Assembly (NCBI GenBank): GCA_009602725.1
Contig: WELB01000001.1
Span: forward strand, 1,196,999-1,260,998
DNA length: 64,000 nucleotides
Direction: 5' to 3'
DNA from: Spirogloea muscicola
Lineage: Eukaryota
The notes under the pieces were generated by a model. That model searched no databases. It saw only the letters and a list, made by a program, of their open reading frames with translations, and was not told the origin of the DNA. The position numbers were made by a program, and so were the translations under genes. This document shows, piece after piece, positions 50,701 through 63,600 of the stretch; within the stretch, counting starts at the first letter, position 1; every line of letters starts with the position of its first letter.

Positions 50701-51887
50701 AGGGGAAGCAGCGCGCGGGCGGGCGGAAGTAGCTCTTGCGCGGGGTGCAGCGGGCGGGTGAGAGACACGGCACTCGTGTAGAGACAAGGAGAAGGCGCTC
50801 TTGCCAATGAGGCGCTGGCAATTACTCCGTCAGGGAGGCCCGCGGACCTCGCCACAGGCGGAGGCTCCGCATTGTGTGCTTCCAATTCCGGGGCGGATCG
50901 GGCCCTCCAAGAGACCATGAGCTGCATATGACCCCAGAAATAGCGCAGACGGGAAGTATTCTTAAGAGAACGTAGCTGTGAATGAATAGCCAGGAAGTGA
51001 TTTCATGAAGATAAGTGATCTTGAGCGATGGCTGTGGAGTGCAGGCTCAAAATGATGGAGAATGTGTCTTAGAGGAAGCCTTGAAAGGACACACTACTTC
51101 CAGCAAGACGACTGGCTGTCACAGCCACTCGGTAACCCCTGCTCAACGAGTGCAACTTATGATTCAGTAGCTGCAGGGTTGAAGTTCCCCCAGAGGAGGA
51201 GTAAGAGATCGGAGAGAAGAGGGCAGGTTGGTGACTCCACCAGAGGGGTCAGAAGTGAATTGCCATTGAGGACGCGGCTGCACATTCTCCTGGGATCATC
51301 GACCGAACAGACAAGAGCGGAGGCAGGCCAGAGGTTACGGATGTTCCGACCCGAAGCGCCGTGGATGTGTGGAGAAGAAGCTCTTAAAGGCGGCAATGCC
51401 ATTGTCAGGCCAATCCCACGAGATTGGACAAGGCAAGGTGGGAGGGAAAGTCCGTTCCAGGAGAAAAGAAGAAAGGGCTCGCCCATTGAGGATATGGGCT
51501 GGAACAGCCAGCCCAAAAAAGAATGAACAAAGTACAAGAAGGGGGCTAGGCGAGAAAGGGGCTCCTCCAAAGGGGGCGATGGCTGTGTGACACCCAGTAG
51601 CCACTTGAGTCGCTGGGTGCTTTAGCGCTTTTCTGGCCCCTTCGGACTATGCTCATTCTTACTCCTGGGCTGGCCAAACATAGCCCTCTACTGGAAGAGT
51701 CTTCCTTCTTTGTGACTAAACGAGTCTTCTCCCTGTGATAGAAGAACTACTTCCAGTAGAGGGCGATGGCTGAGATTTTCTGTGGTTCTCTCCGTGCAAG
51801 AAGAATTGACTCTACAAGTAGAGGGGCGATGGCCGTAATTCTCTGTGATTCATTTGTGAAAGGCCATCCGAGGGGCGCCGCAGGGAC

Positions 51888-52192
51888 CAGACGTCACCAC
51901 CAGGCACCGGGACCGGCCACATGAGGCCCCCCCCCCCCGCGCCGTGACGTCAGCTCCAATAGCCCCCAGGCCTGCTTGTGCCGCCACGTGGCAATGGGGC
52001 CCCTCGCCGCGGCCCGCCGCGGGCGGAAGCCCGGGCCCACCCCCGACGTCCGGACACGTGACGGCGGGTGCCGCACGCGGGGGAGGACGGCGCCGTCCCG
52101 CCGCGCGCCACGTGGCCCGCGGCGACGTCGGAGCCCGGGCCCAGCGCGGGGGCCTGCCGCGGCGGGACGTCGCACGTGACCGCGCACGTCCC
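51888..52192. promoter_or_regulatory. Dense ACGT-element (G-box/C-box) island, candidate enhancer
   Basis: Ten ACGT cores in about 300 bp: 4 CACGTG (two as GCCACGTGGC), 5 GACGTC (one as TGACGTCA) and 1 CACGTC, plus a CCAAT at ~51956. Confidence 0.55.
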
Positions 52193-52327
52193 GCCAGGCC
52201 GTACGGGAGCTGTACGAAGCCGCCCCCCTCGGTCCTTCCGCCGGCCCGCCTGGGAGCGCCCCCTGGTCTGCTGGAAGCCCCTGAGCAGCGACAGCATGTC
52301 GGGCCCTGCTCATTTGCTCTGACAGGG

Positions 52328-52450
52328 GAGAGGAGGCGCGCGGGGCGCATGAATTGAGAGGGAGGCCAATTCCAGCCAATAAGTTGTTCAGGCAGAGTCG
52401 ACTGCAGACTAAACAAGGCTACATAATACGGAGACCTAATCTAAGGTACC
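52328..52450 (+). repeat. Copy of the unclassified interspersed element
   Basis: Few mismatches to the 50558 copy over about 120 bp. Confidence 0.8.
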
Positions 52451-54636
52451 GGGTAATCTAAGGGACAGGGGGGTTGACCCTCGCCTGTCCCCCGGATGGA
52501 CCAATCACCCGTCGCCGTACTCAGCCTGACCGAAAGTCTCGTCGTGATCCCGGCCCATGCGCCACTGGCTCAACGAAGATGGGCGTCGAAAACGGCGGCA
52601 GAACGGCGGAAAGGAGATGGCCGCCGTTCCACAGCCAGATGAGGCAAACTCTGTCTGGGAGCAACGACTAGGACTTGGCATGAAATGGAAGGGGAGCCAA
52701 CTGAAGCCCACGTCGTTCTTGACAAAAGCTAGTGCAACAGTGGCGCTACATGAACTGAAGCCCTATGCTAAGGTGAGAGTGAAGCGCAATGGCTGAGGAA
52801 GAGAGAGGGAGGAGGCGGAAGGCCAGCCCAAGAAAGACGACAACGTCATCCGACCAGGTTGCGCTGTTTGCGCTGTCCAGCAGGAACACCTTCCGTTCTC
52901 TCTGTCGACCTTGTCCATCGGAGAGGCACCTGTACTTCCCACGAAGGCCGTGGAGGCAGGCGCTGCAGACGACTGATCACTTTCCAACAGGAAGGCAGCA
53001 GCTGTGGGACGCCAGCCGACAGTTGATGGACAAGGTCAAGGGGGAAGCCCCAACAGGAAAGCACAAACTCCTCATCACCAGAAGAGCCAGGACACGACTA
53101 TGCAGCGTTGGCAGTGCAGCAGCACCTGCCTGGTGCTGCAAGCACATGCATGCTTTACTCACCTGTACTTGGTATGATGATGACCAAATGACGCCAGTCA
53201 GCAGCATCTACAAGCAAATGCTTGACCCAAGGGTCGAGGTTTGGTACTACAAAATAAACAAGCTTGTGTTACCAGGCCAATGCACTTCTTTCTTCACAAG
53301 CCATTCTGGGAGGTACATATCCATTAGGGATCAGGTGTCAATATTTTGATAGTCGACTATCTTGGTGTAGGAAAGCTTTAGATTTGAATTTTGGCAATTT
53401 CTGAACCACAGGCTGCTACAATCTAGCTGTTCGGCATTGGTAAAATATACCGTCACTCTACAGTAAGATGCTATCAGACCGTTTCGTCGGTCAGTCTGGC
53501 CGATAGGAATTGTACTTTCGCTGATTCACTAGCCATGGGGTGTTCGATCTCAAATTTGAAGTAGCTCATGCAACGACAACTAGGCATTCCTTTAAAATTC
53601 GCACGGTAGGAAGCAGGCGCCTGCTACCGCAGTGCCTCTTGCCTTGAGGCTCCCTCCCGCAGTCGTCACTATCAATGCTTGCTCCACTGGACCGATGGTG
53701 TGCTTAGCCACGGTCTGACCCCAGCATCACAAGTGCCCGAGATTGAAGCTGTCCAAGTACCTTACAATCTCCTGAAAATGTTTGTGATTATGCTGGAAAC
53801 ATGTAGTGCTCGCTTTGTAATGACCTGCGGCATGCCCCTCTGTCCCTGGGCTACAATGCGGAATGTGGCAACTGAGTCAGTGGTACTGACAGCTCCCGAC
53901 AAAAGTTCTTTAGCTGGCCTCCTACATGTTCCTATCGTGCAAACCTCTCTGCCCAATATGCCCCCAAGGCAGCACCTATGCGCATAGTTGCTTGACCAAT
54001 CTCTTGAAGCTTTGCATGCTGGGAGAGTAACTTGACAGCAAGTTTTCAGTCCACCAGTACAGAATCAGGGAAACTGAAAGAAGGTACAAATAAGAATCAT
54101 ATACTTACTTCAATCCGTGCTTGCTAAAAACTTCTTGCTGCTACTTACCTAGCTTGTAATGTCCTATTGATATGCTTTGCCAGCAAGTACCTCTCACTTC
54201 GTTATGCTTGTTCACAATGCCCCGTGACCAGACGGACTGACATATTTTGTTTCCCTTTCAAGGATAGCGAACACTTCTGGAAATTTTCGTAAATTTCATT
54301 TGACATGTTTTCATGTCTGCTGTCGTTTTGCATAGATCTATTGCTACAGTTAGACATCTTGGATGGTCAGGCACAAAAGCTTTCAGAGGCTTCAAAGCGA
54401 GATATTGCCTGCACCTGTGGGCCTGACCGGCGCCAAGTACTGCGTCGAGGAAGTTCCAAGTCAACCTTCTGTGAGCACCAGGAATAGACATAGAGGTCAA
54501 GCTGGGATGAGGTACATGAGCTCATTGGTGAAGGCTGACATCCATTTCATGGTGCCAAAGGCAATGTAGCTGCAATACCTTCTCCCCTTGCATGCGCTCT
54601 CTTGATGTCAGAGAGAGGAAGGAGAGCCAGTGGCTG

Positions 54637-56811
54637 TCATGGTCTTTCATCCTCTGGTTCATCATCTACCTCGTCCTCGTCTGCGTCCTCAAATTGCTCT
54701 GTGCTGATGTCAAGCTGACACGCGGAGATGTGAAAAGTGAGAGTGACTTTCACTGTGAAAAGTCCAGTACGCAGAATCATTCTGATGCCATCAACTAGAA
54801 TGACTAGGCAAAGCAGCAGGCAGCTCCTAAATCTGTTCGGACATGATGACCTGCGTTTCTCAGCTGCTCACAAAGTGACTAATCAATATCCATCGGCTGT
54901 TATGAACAATGTTGGGCGATCAACCTCGTCAAGCCCGTGACCACCATTATGTGTCACAGCCCCAGGAGCCAGAACTTCGTCTGAGTTGAAGAACCATTCC
55001 CCTTCGCCCTCTTGCTCTGCTCATGCCAGGGTTGACAAAGCAGATGAAGTTCAGTACCAAGCTTTCCTTATGACGTAATATCTTACATCCTAACTGCAGA
55101 TCCGATCTGCGTGCTTAAAATTTGGACCTTACTATTGCTCAATTTTGCTGTAAAATCAGTGCTTACCTACTACCGGGTCAGGGTTCAAGGCTGCGCACTC
55201 GCACAGAACCTGGAATATGCGGTCCACTGTGCGGCTCATTGGTGGTCAAAAGGGAGGGGAAAAAGTGCACAAATTGAATGTCAGTGAATGAGAGAAGTGA
55301 CGGGGGCGCTCCTGGTCCATGCACATAGAACTGCCTTATGAGTACAAGGCTCTCTGGCAATCTCAAAAAGAACCTGATTGCAGGAGCTCTTGTCTCACCT
55401 TGTCGGATATTATTTTAAGCCCTTCAAGCGTGATCTGACCAGAACGACATTGCTGACAACGGCGTTGGCCGCATGCACTTACACGTGCTTGGATCATTGG
55501 GGACTAGCCGCATCTCCTTCACAGCTGACAGGTCTTCAACAGGTGCAGCCTCAGCTGCCATTGGGTCTCCCTCAGCTTCCTCATCCCCGTTGATGCCCAC
55601 ATGATCTTCATCATCATCTTCCCTGCCTTGAATCTAGAACCCCATGCGTTAGACTTGCGAGCGACGAGCATGGTAGTAGAGGTCTAAGCGAGCAACCCTC
55701 AAGCTTGACCTTCAGCAGATGCATAGAGCTCCAACAGTGGAAACATCTGATGCAAGTGAAGCCAGTAGACCCGGAGATCTGACGGGCCAGGGTTGTTGCT
55801 TTGGCAGGCTTACCTGCATGTAAATGCACGGGTGGGGGTACGCATCTGTGTCTCTGGATATGGCGTGCATTGTCAAGGAGACAAAATCAACAGCATAGCC
55901 TTCTTGCAAGTCCTCGTCACTCAGCCACACGAGCCGCCTGCAAAACGAAGCATGGACAAATCAGAAAGTGACCCTCATTAGATGTACGTTAGGCTTCCAA
56001 GCGATTGCACAGACTGGCAAACAGAGCTACTCTTAGTGCAACGTCAAAGGGAAAATAGCCGTTGAGATCGCCTGGACTGGTCGACTTCAACGCTCAAGCC
56101 AACGTAACAATCCTGGTCGACCTCCTTTATGCCTCTGTGGTCCTTGAAGCTGAAATATGGGAAACCCCTGGGAAGCCCCATCTACCTTGTAGCCATGAGT
56201 ACCTGCCTCTCGTGAGATACTTAGACCCTGGTCCTTCTACGGGAACAGCCCCTACTGTTTCATCCCTTATCCTTACACTCAGCTCTAGATGTGAAGCATC
56301 CTGTAAATGTCCACTCTAAATCTCACTGCACCCACGGCAGCTCTGGTCGCACCTCTGCATAGAGGACCTCAGCGGCCGTTAGTACGGCGGACCGTTGCCG
56401 GCGACTTGTCACTGAGTCGTCCCTGCGAGCGACTGCTGACACGTCTGCTCTTGGACGCTGCCTCGCTTCGTTGGAGCAGCCCGACGAGCTCAGGACGGAT
56501 GCCAGTCCCTGCGAGGGCAGCGGGACGGCAGCCTCGCCTGGTGGTCACGTAGAGCTTGCCGGGCCCGGATGGCGGGCCGTCTCCCAGCACGGCCGCCACC
56601 TGCGGCTGGACGAGCGCCACCGTCTCGCCGCCATCGCCGCCGTCGCCGCCGGCGTCCAGCACCGGCAGGCCCTGCACAGAAGAAGGGCGGCGGGCCGTGA
56701 GGAAGTGGCGAGCTAACGAGCCGAGCGCGACGCGCAAGCGGGGCTGGCGTCTGGAGGCCGCGCCTGAGGGCCGCGCTGCGGGGCGGCGACCAGGCCGCCG
56801 CCTGGCGCCAT
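54637..56811 (-). CDS. ICln: pICln / chloride conductance regulatory protein (Sm-assembly chaperone). Exons 56811-56764, 56671-56538, 55937-55814, 55633-55483, 55226-55167, ~55016-?, last exon ~54714-54637
   Basis: GLPVLD...VQPQVAAVLG...GKLYVTTR/RLVWLSDEDLQEGYAVDFVSLTMHAISRD...PCIYMQ/...EMRLVPNDPST/LDRIFQVLCECAALNPDP...EWFF...EQFEDADE*. Confidence 0.9.
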
Positions 56812-57242
56812 GGCCGCCACGCCTGCTCCCCCGCTGCCAGCTTCATGGCGGCCAGCCGACCCGGCGCTGCCAAGAATTGGTGATTGCGCTGATCGGGACA
56901 GGTCCCCCTGCCCGACGCTCCCGGGGTCCACCGCCACTCTGGGATTTGGCTTCTTTCCGTTGCTTCTGGTATTATTACGGTGCTCATCAAGCGCTACGAG
57001 ACGACACTCCCTTTCTTTAGTTGCCATGCACTCGGCTGCGCCTTCGCCCCCAGTGTGGCCCCGCCGTCATCGTCGTGTTGCCTCAGCCCTTTACACCTTG
57101 AGTGGCGGGCGGGTCAGGGGAGAAAAGCGCGGCCGAATTGACTGGTGGCTGGGAGAAGCCAGCCCAAAAGGAATGGACAAGGTAAAGAGGAGCCGAATGG
57201 CGCAGGAAGCAGGGGACTAAGTGCTAAGACGACAAGGAGGCT

Positions 57243-58110
57243 CTCAGTAACCTCTAGTCAGCAAGTGCAGGTCAGAATAAGAAAGGGCTCGCCCATAGAG
57301 AAGAGGGGCTGGAATAGCTAGAGGGCGGGAAGACGTCGCCCTGACGAAACCCGGAGGCAGCCGCCAGGGCGCGGCCTGCACGTAGGTGGACGGCAAACGC
57401 AAGAGACCGCTGGAGGGAAATGGCAAGGCGCATCCTGAACACCTGTGCGAGGGACCCGGCGACGTTGAAGCCAGGCTGCTCGCCGTGCTGCCCGTGGAGG
57501 CGGGCCACCGCACGGCGAGCAAGGAGGAAGGCGCGCGGTGCGCATGAAATTGAAAGGGAGGCTTATTCAAGCCAATACATTGTTCAAAGCAGAGGCTTGT
57601 GCAAAGTAAACAAGGCTACATGATGTAAAACTTAAACGAAGGTGCCTAAGGTGACACTAGTATCCACGGAAGAGCACAAACAAATCTGACGCAAGGCGGT
57701 GGAGAAGGTCGAGCCATTTGGTCCCAAAGGCCCCGTGCACGTCGACGGCGAGTGGGACAAACTCGTCGCCTACGGGGTGGTCCGTGTATTTGCGTTCCTT
57801 TGCGCCCGCCGCCTGACGGACTGCGTAGCCCGCCTCCTCGGAGGTGTAAGAAAGCCGCGCCCGCCATGGTCTTGGCGACGGCGGCGGCTGCGACAGCGAC
57901 GGCGGCGGCAGCGGCGGCGGCGACTGGGGAGCGACCGGACTAGGAGGGCCCGAAGGTGTTAAGAAGAGCAAGGGGCTGCCTGCCCTCCAGTGTCTTATGA
58001 CCCCGGCCCGACCCGCAGGAGATCGCGGGGAGGCTGAGCTGGTCGGCCAGCCCGGCAGATAAGCCGCTGACCTGTCAACCAGCGTGTGAGGCCCATGCCA
58101 TCCACCCACT
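57243..58110 (-). mobile_element. Nested, degenerate CRE-like retrotransposon fragments (RT-thumb and REL pieces)
   Basis: GMGL...SAAYL.GW (~58040-58100); AAGAKERKY...EFVPLAVDVHGAFG (57700-57830); FNVAGSLAQVFRMRLAISLQRS (57330-57480). Confidence 0.65.
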
Positions 58111-58409
58111 CCTAGGTCAAAAGCCCTAGACCTCGTCTACCACTGTCTGTGATGAGCATTCCAAGGCGCTCCAGCGAGCTCCACACAAAACAGCTAGACC
58201 TAGACCATATGCAGCTAGCAGTCAAGAGTTTACAAAGTAAACTCTTTCCAACAGGAGGAACGCTTGGCGCTGCCGGAAACAACGCAGTCAGTCGTGACAA
58301 CATCGGCAATGAGCCGAGGTCCCCCGCCGAGCGCGCTGGCGACGAGATCGGCCCGCCGGGTGTGGACGCGGCCATCCGCCCCAGCGGTCGGAGGCATGAT
58401 GCTGAGGTG

Positions 58410-59850
58410 CCGGGCTTCAATGCTGCCGGCTCGCTCGCTCAGGGTCTTGGCTCCATGGCCCGCGCGCTGCACCTGCGTGCCGGAAGAAGAAAGTGCTCGC
58501 CCATAGAGAATAGGGGCTGGCAAAGTCAGCCCAAAAAGAAAGGATAATGTCCAAAGCCAAAGGAAGAGGGGGCAAAGAGGAGCCGGCAAAGTCAGCCCTT
58601 GCCCCCATTTGGGGCCACTTCTGGCTAGGGGACTCGGTTCCAGGAGCCTAGCTTCTCTGACCTGAGGCTGCTTAGCAGGGGTTACTGGAGTGCTTCGTAG
58701 CTGCTTGTCTTCCTTAGTGCTTCCCCTGGCCCATTCTCGTTCCTTTGTTCATTCTATTTTGGGCTGCCTTTTTCCAGCCTCTATCCTCAATGGGCGAGCC
58801 ATTCTTCCTTGCAGGGTCTCGCTGGAGTGCTTTCTTTCCTGCAGCGAATAACTCAGACTTGATCTTGCTCACTCGCGGGTACTGAGCTTCCATATGCATC
58901 ATCTCGTGTCTAGTTGTGTAGTTTTTCTTTCGGCACCTATATTGGCTTTGGATATTGTCCATTCTTTTTGGGCTGGCTTGGCCAGCCAGTCTGAGGGCGC
59001 GCCATTCTCTTTTCAGCAGCAGGTGATGTACATCTGTCGGTGTGCTTGCTGCTGAGAGTTCCGTAGCTGCTTACATTCTTCTTGTGCTTGTTTTTCTTAG
59101 TGCTTCCCCTGGCCTCTTCTCGCACGTTGTTCATTCTTTTTAGCACTTAGTACCTTGCCTTCTGCGCCATCCGGCTCCTTCAAAGCTTGTCCATTCCTTT
59201 GGGCTGGCCTCTCACAGCCACCAGTCAATTTGGCCGCGCTTTCTCTTTTTTGGGCTGGCCTTATCCAGCCCCTATCCTCTATGGACGAGCCCTTCTTCTG
59301 CTTGCTGCGGCGGGCACTCTCTTCTGCTTGCTGTTGTACTTCGACTTGTACTCGCCACTCAGGCCCTGCATCACTCTATACACGATCCAGTCCTTAGCAT
59401 CCTTCAACGCCGCTGGCTCGTTGGCCCAAGTCTATTGCATGCGACTAGCCGTATCCCTTCAGCGGTCCATGGCCCACACTTTGCACCTGCGTGCTGGCCA
59501 TGCTCTCGGTGCTGCCTCTGGCTTTCGTCAGGGGGATTGTTTTCCGCCACTAGTCTGTTGGATTTGAGGATCCTCACTCGTTGTTATTGAGTGATTCATC
59601 CTTCCCTAGCTTAGAGCTAGCGCCTCTGGCCCCTTCGTAGTTCGGCCCCTAGAAGCTTGTCAATTCTTTTTGGGCTGGCTTCTCACAGCCCTTGCCCCCA
59701 TTGGGAGAGCCACTTCTTCTACGGCTCCGAATCGACAAGGCTCGCTTCAAAGAGATGGCTCGCCCATAGGAAAAGAGGGGCTAGCAAAGCCAGCCCAGAA
59801 AAGTATGGACAATGCTCGCTTCAAAGGGCCGAGAAGGCGCCAAAACTGGA
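58410..59850. mobile_element. Cluster of family A 3' ends and 3' UTR units
   Basis: FNAAGSLAQ...RLAVSLQRSMAHTLHLRAG (59400-59530, +), a second partial copy at 58415-58480, and several UTR copies at 58680-59300 and 59580-59850. Confidence 0.65.
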
Positions 59851-59884
59851 GCTGACGGGAGCCGCGCACTCAGCTCGACTTATT

Positions 59885-60027
59885 AGTCAAGTCACACCTG
59901 GTCGGTCGGTCACCCATTGGCCTCGATTTGGTCTCAAATTGGCAGATCTTTGACCCCAAGCATCCATACAACGTGCGACACGTACCCTGCTGCAGTGACC
60001 GACCGACCCAGTGTACATTGGCCATTA
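59885..60027. mobile_element. Harbinger-like MITE, copy 2
   Basis: Inverted repeats ACACCTGGTCGGTCGGTCAC / GTGACCGACCGACCCAGTGT; the interior aligns by eye with 33041-33166. Confidence 0.65.
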
Positions 60028-60690
60028 GTTTGTGTAGGATTCATGTCTACTGTCTATTCCACTCTCCGCCGTCTGCGGCACAATCCGCGCGTCACAGTCT
60101 GCCGCTGGCCTGACAATGGTGCTCCCCAGTCCCTCCCGTTGTCTGCCAGGGCCAGCTGCGCGGCCGCCGCCGCACGGCTTTCATTCTGCGCGGCCGCCGC
60201 CGGCGCCGCCGCCGAGCAGGACACGACCAGGCAGCGCTACGCGCGCCTTCCGCGAAGCTTCGTGACTGCGTCGTTGCCACGGCGCGTCGGCATCGGCTTC
60301 CGGTCCTGGGGGCCTCGTCGGGAACACAGAGCCGCGCCTGGAAGCGCCCCTGCAGGCTGGTCGCTGGCGCTCGGGCAGGCGCCACAACGCCGCACGATCA
60401 ACATGAGGATGATGGATTGTCCGTGAAGACTGTTCTTCAGAAGACGGGAGAAGACTTCCTTGCTCGTTGCTCGTTGCTGCCGGGGCCTTATCAGCTGAGC
60501 CTGCAAGGAGACTGTGCTCGACTTTTGAGCCTCTACTTCCCCGGGGCTCAAGCACTATTGGCTCCACACAGCAGCCAGACAACCTGCCGACCATACTGCT
60601 GACATCCACAGTGAAGCCAGAGATGCATCAGGCTTTCATTGAGCTGCAGTGCCCCGCAGTCTGAGTCAGCCGAGGAGATAATCAGTCAAG

Positions 60691-63600
60691 ATGAGTGGCT
60701 CTAAGGTGGTCACTGCTTCTCAGCAGCGAACGAAGAGCTCCACCTCTGCAAACCTGCAGCTCGCTTTTATCGAACTAAAGCAGGTGACTCTTCAGCTCAG
60801 CTCGTCTCACATTGAGCACTGTCATACGTGACTTACCAGACTGCACTTGTCCAGCTGTAGAGTAATCTGCCTCTATTCGACAAATGTCATATGTGGATAA
60901 ATGGCACGGCTTGATTGTTTGCGCCTCGGGCTCTTGATAGTCATGCGAGGTGCTGCAGTCCTTGTGCTGCAGCCCATGGTGCCACCAACTCACAACCCTT
61001 TGACATCAGGCACTCAAAGACCCTTGGCTTTGACTTCCAAGGAAACCACCTAGCTTAGCCCCTCAGGTTCGAGGTCCAGGACCTTATCTCAGCTTGCTTC
61101 ATCTTGGACTGCAGAGAATTGTCTGGGCGATCAGCAAACTTGGCGATCGGGACACACAGAAGGTTGCAGTCAGTGAGTTGGAGCAGATAGCACAGATCAC
61201 GCCTCCTGAGGGCATTGTGGTATACTTGGCGTGCCTCTACGACAGCGAGCTGCAACAGAAGAGCTTTGCTCGCAAAGAATGTGTGCGACTGTTTGGAGTG
61301 CTTGGTAAGAAGGAGTACACAATGTCAGATCACTCTTCCACCCCCTTCCCCAATCTCGTGTAGTGCTGGGTCGGCAGAGTGCCATAAGTATTCCCAGTAG
61401 ACCTGAGGGAGAGAATGCAGTTCACTTACATGATGACTCTGGGTGCCTGACGCAGCAGAGCAGGAGTGCTGACATTTGTCCATATCTCGATCAAGTGCTG
61501 AGCTCACTATCTTGATCAAGTGGCTGAGCACATAGAGACTGTCACTTGGAAGTCACAGGCTTGAGCTTTGTTCTCACCTGTGCAGCATCACTGCACGGTC
61601 AAGGCTTGTATCCCTACCTCAGCAAAATCGTCAGGAGTATTGTTGGACGCTTCAGAGATGCAGATTCCTCTGTGCGTGACACATGTGCTGAGACTTTGGG
61701 AACCATTACTGCCTATGTCAGAGCTCCAAGCACTTCTCCTTCCTCAGGTGAGTCTCTGCAACTGTGAATCTAAAGAAGATCAAGAGCCTCAGAGAGCATT
61801 GTGTTGGCTTGAGGTGACCTTACATGGTGCTCGTTTCATTGACAAAGTGGGTTGCTTGTTGCGAAGGAGGCAAGAGACTGAGTTGTTGCTCATGCACATA
61901 GAGAACTTTTCACACACTCAACAACTCTGGCTACTGCAATTTGCTGAAAGCAAGAAGGCCACTTAGTAGTATGTGGGGCACAAGTGCCGGATGAAAATGT
62001 TGGCTGACTGAGGAAAGCTGATTGCTGTCCTGCCTGCAGCAGATGAGGGCAATGCACGGCTCTCCGACGAGAGTGCATCAGGTTCCACGTCCTACCTGAG
62101 TGCCAGGCATTGTAGAACCTGAGGTCCAGTTGGAGTGTGCCCAAGAAGTGCTTCATATCATGAAGCACTTCTTCAACGTGGTCATGAATGCTCAGACCTA
62201 TCATCGATGCAAAGCTCTACATGTGCCAAGCATCAAATTCAAGCGATGATGATCGTTGTCATTCTTTGGCGGCAGGAGTTTCTCAGACAATGGCAATTTT
62301 TATCAGGCCAATCTTTGAGGCAATGAGCGAGCAGACACGATCGGTGCAGGCAGCAGCTGCCACGAGCCTGGACCGAGTAGTGCAGAATGCAGATCAAGCA
62401 GCTGCATCAAGCTTGGCCAAGTTGTGCCCACGTGTTGCTAAGCTGTTAGGCAGCCCATATTTCCAAGCAAAGGGCGCCCTTCTCCCAGCTCTTTTGAGCA
62501 TAGTGCAGGTCAATGGCTTCCTTTCATTGACTTTGATGTACCTGGTCCTGTACAAATAGCATTTCTCTTTGGTTGCTAATCAAAGTTGTCAATGAATGGG
62601 CCAGATTGACTTGTTCCGTGCACACATCCAGAGCAAGACCCTCACATTGAAAATCTCATTACTTGTCTCCTGTGACTACAACTCTCACTCCCAATTCAAC
62701 TTCGATTTCGCAGGTCTGCGGTGGTGACATCAGTATACACTTGCCACTTCTGATTCCTCCTGTCATTCAGGCGTTCAAAAATAATGATTGGATGACCCGC
62801 AGGGCAGTCTGTGAATTATCTGGTCACATGGCAGCTGTCTTTGGACCAGCATTACAAGCCTACCATCAGCAGATTCAAGCTGGCCTGCTGTCATGCCGAT
62901 ATGACAAGGTCCATACAGTTACCAAGTCCGCAGATTATACTAAATGGTTCAATCACTTGAGAGCTAAACCTTTGCTGGCTCCGGCACTTCGTGATGGACC
63001 TTGATGATAAGCCGCTTGACCTGCCATGGCCAGCCTGGTGCGTTTATGTCATCCAATTGCAACTAGTATTCACCTCATTTATTGACATTGTCATTTTCCA
63101 GGTAAAACCAGTGAGAGATGCTGCCATTGGGGCCCTTGAACAGTGGAAGCTTGCCTTCGGCAGTTCCGAAATATCCCCAACTGCCCATGGTCAGTCAGGT
63201 GCCAGTCACAGTGAGACTATTACCATGCATCTGATATTCCTTAGGTATCATGTCACAGGTCTTGTCTTCGGAGAACCTTGCAAGGCTGATGTCACGTACA
63301 ACCCTCTGTTGTTGCATCCATCCACAATAAACAAGCTTGTCCCGCGGCTTTGCTCATTGATGTCTGCCAATGCCAAGTCATTCTGAACTCGTGATAGCAG
63401 GAACCCAACCGCGGGCGCTGTTTAAGTCTCCAAGTGCTGCCACAAGTCACGATCCTGAGCAGCCAAACAGTGCGTCAAATGATCTGCACACACCGTCCAG
63501 CTCTGGCACGAGTATTGGTGCAAAGACATCCTTGAACAACCCATTGGAGGATCTGCCAGTCCCTGAGGAACCACAGACGTCAGCCAGTCCCTCCACACGG

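Noticed and set aside
52789..53349. 186-aa ORF containing LDPR, a possible hAT transposase relic
   Set aside because: One short motif is not enough, and no other transposase motif or TIR was seen.
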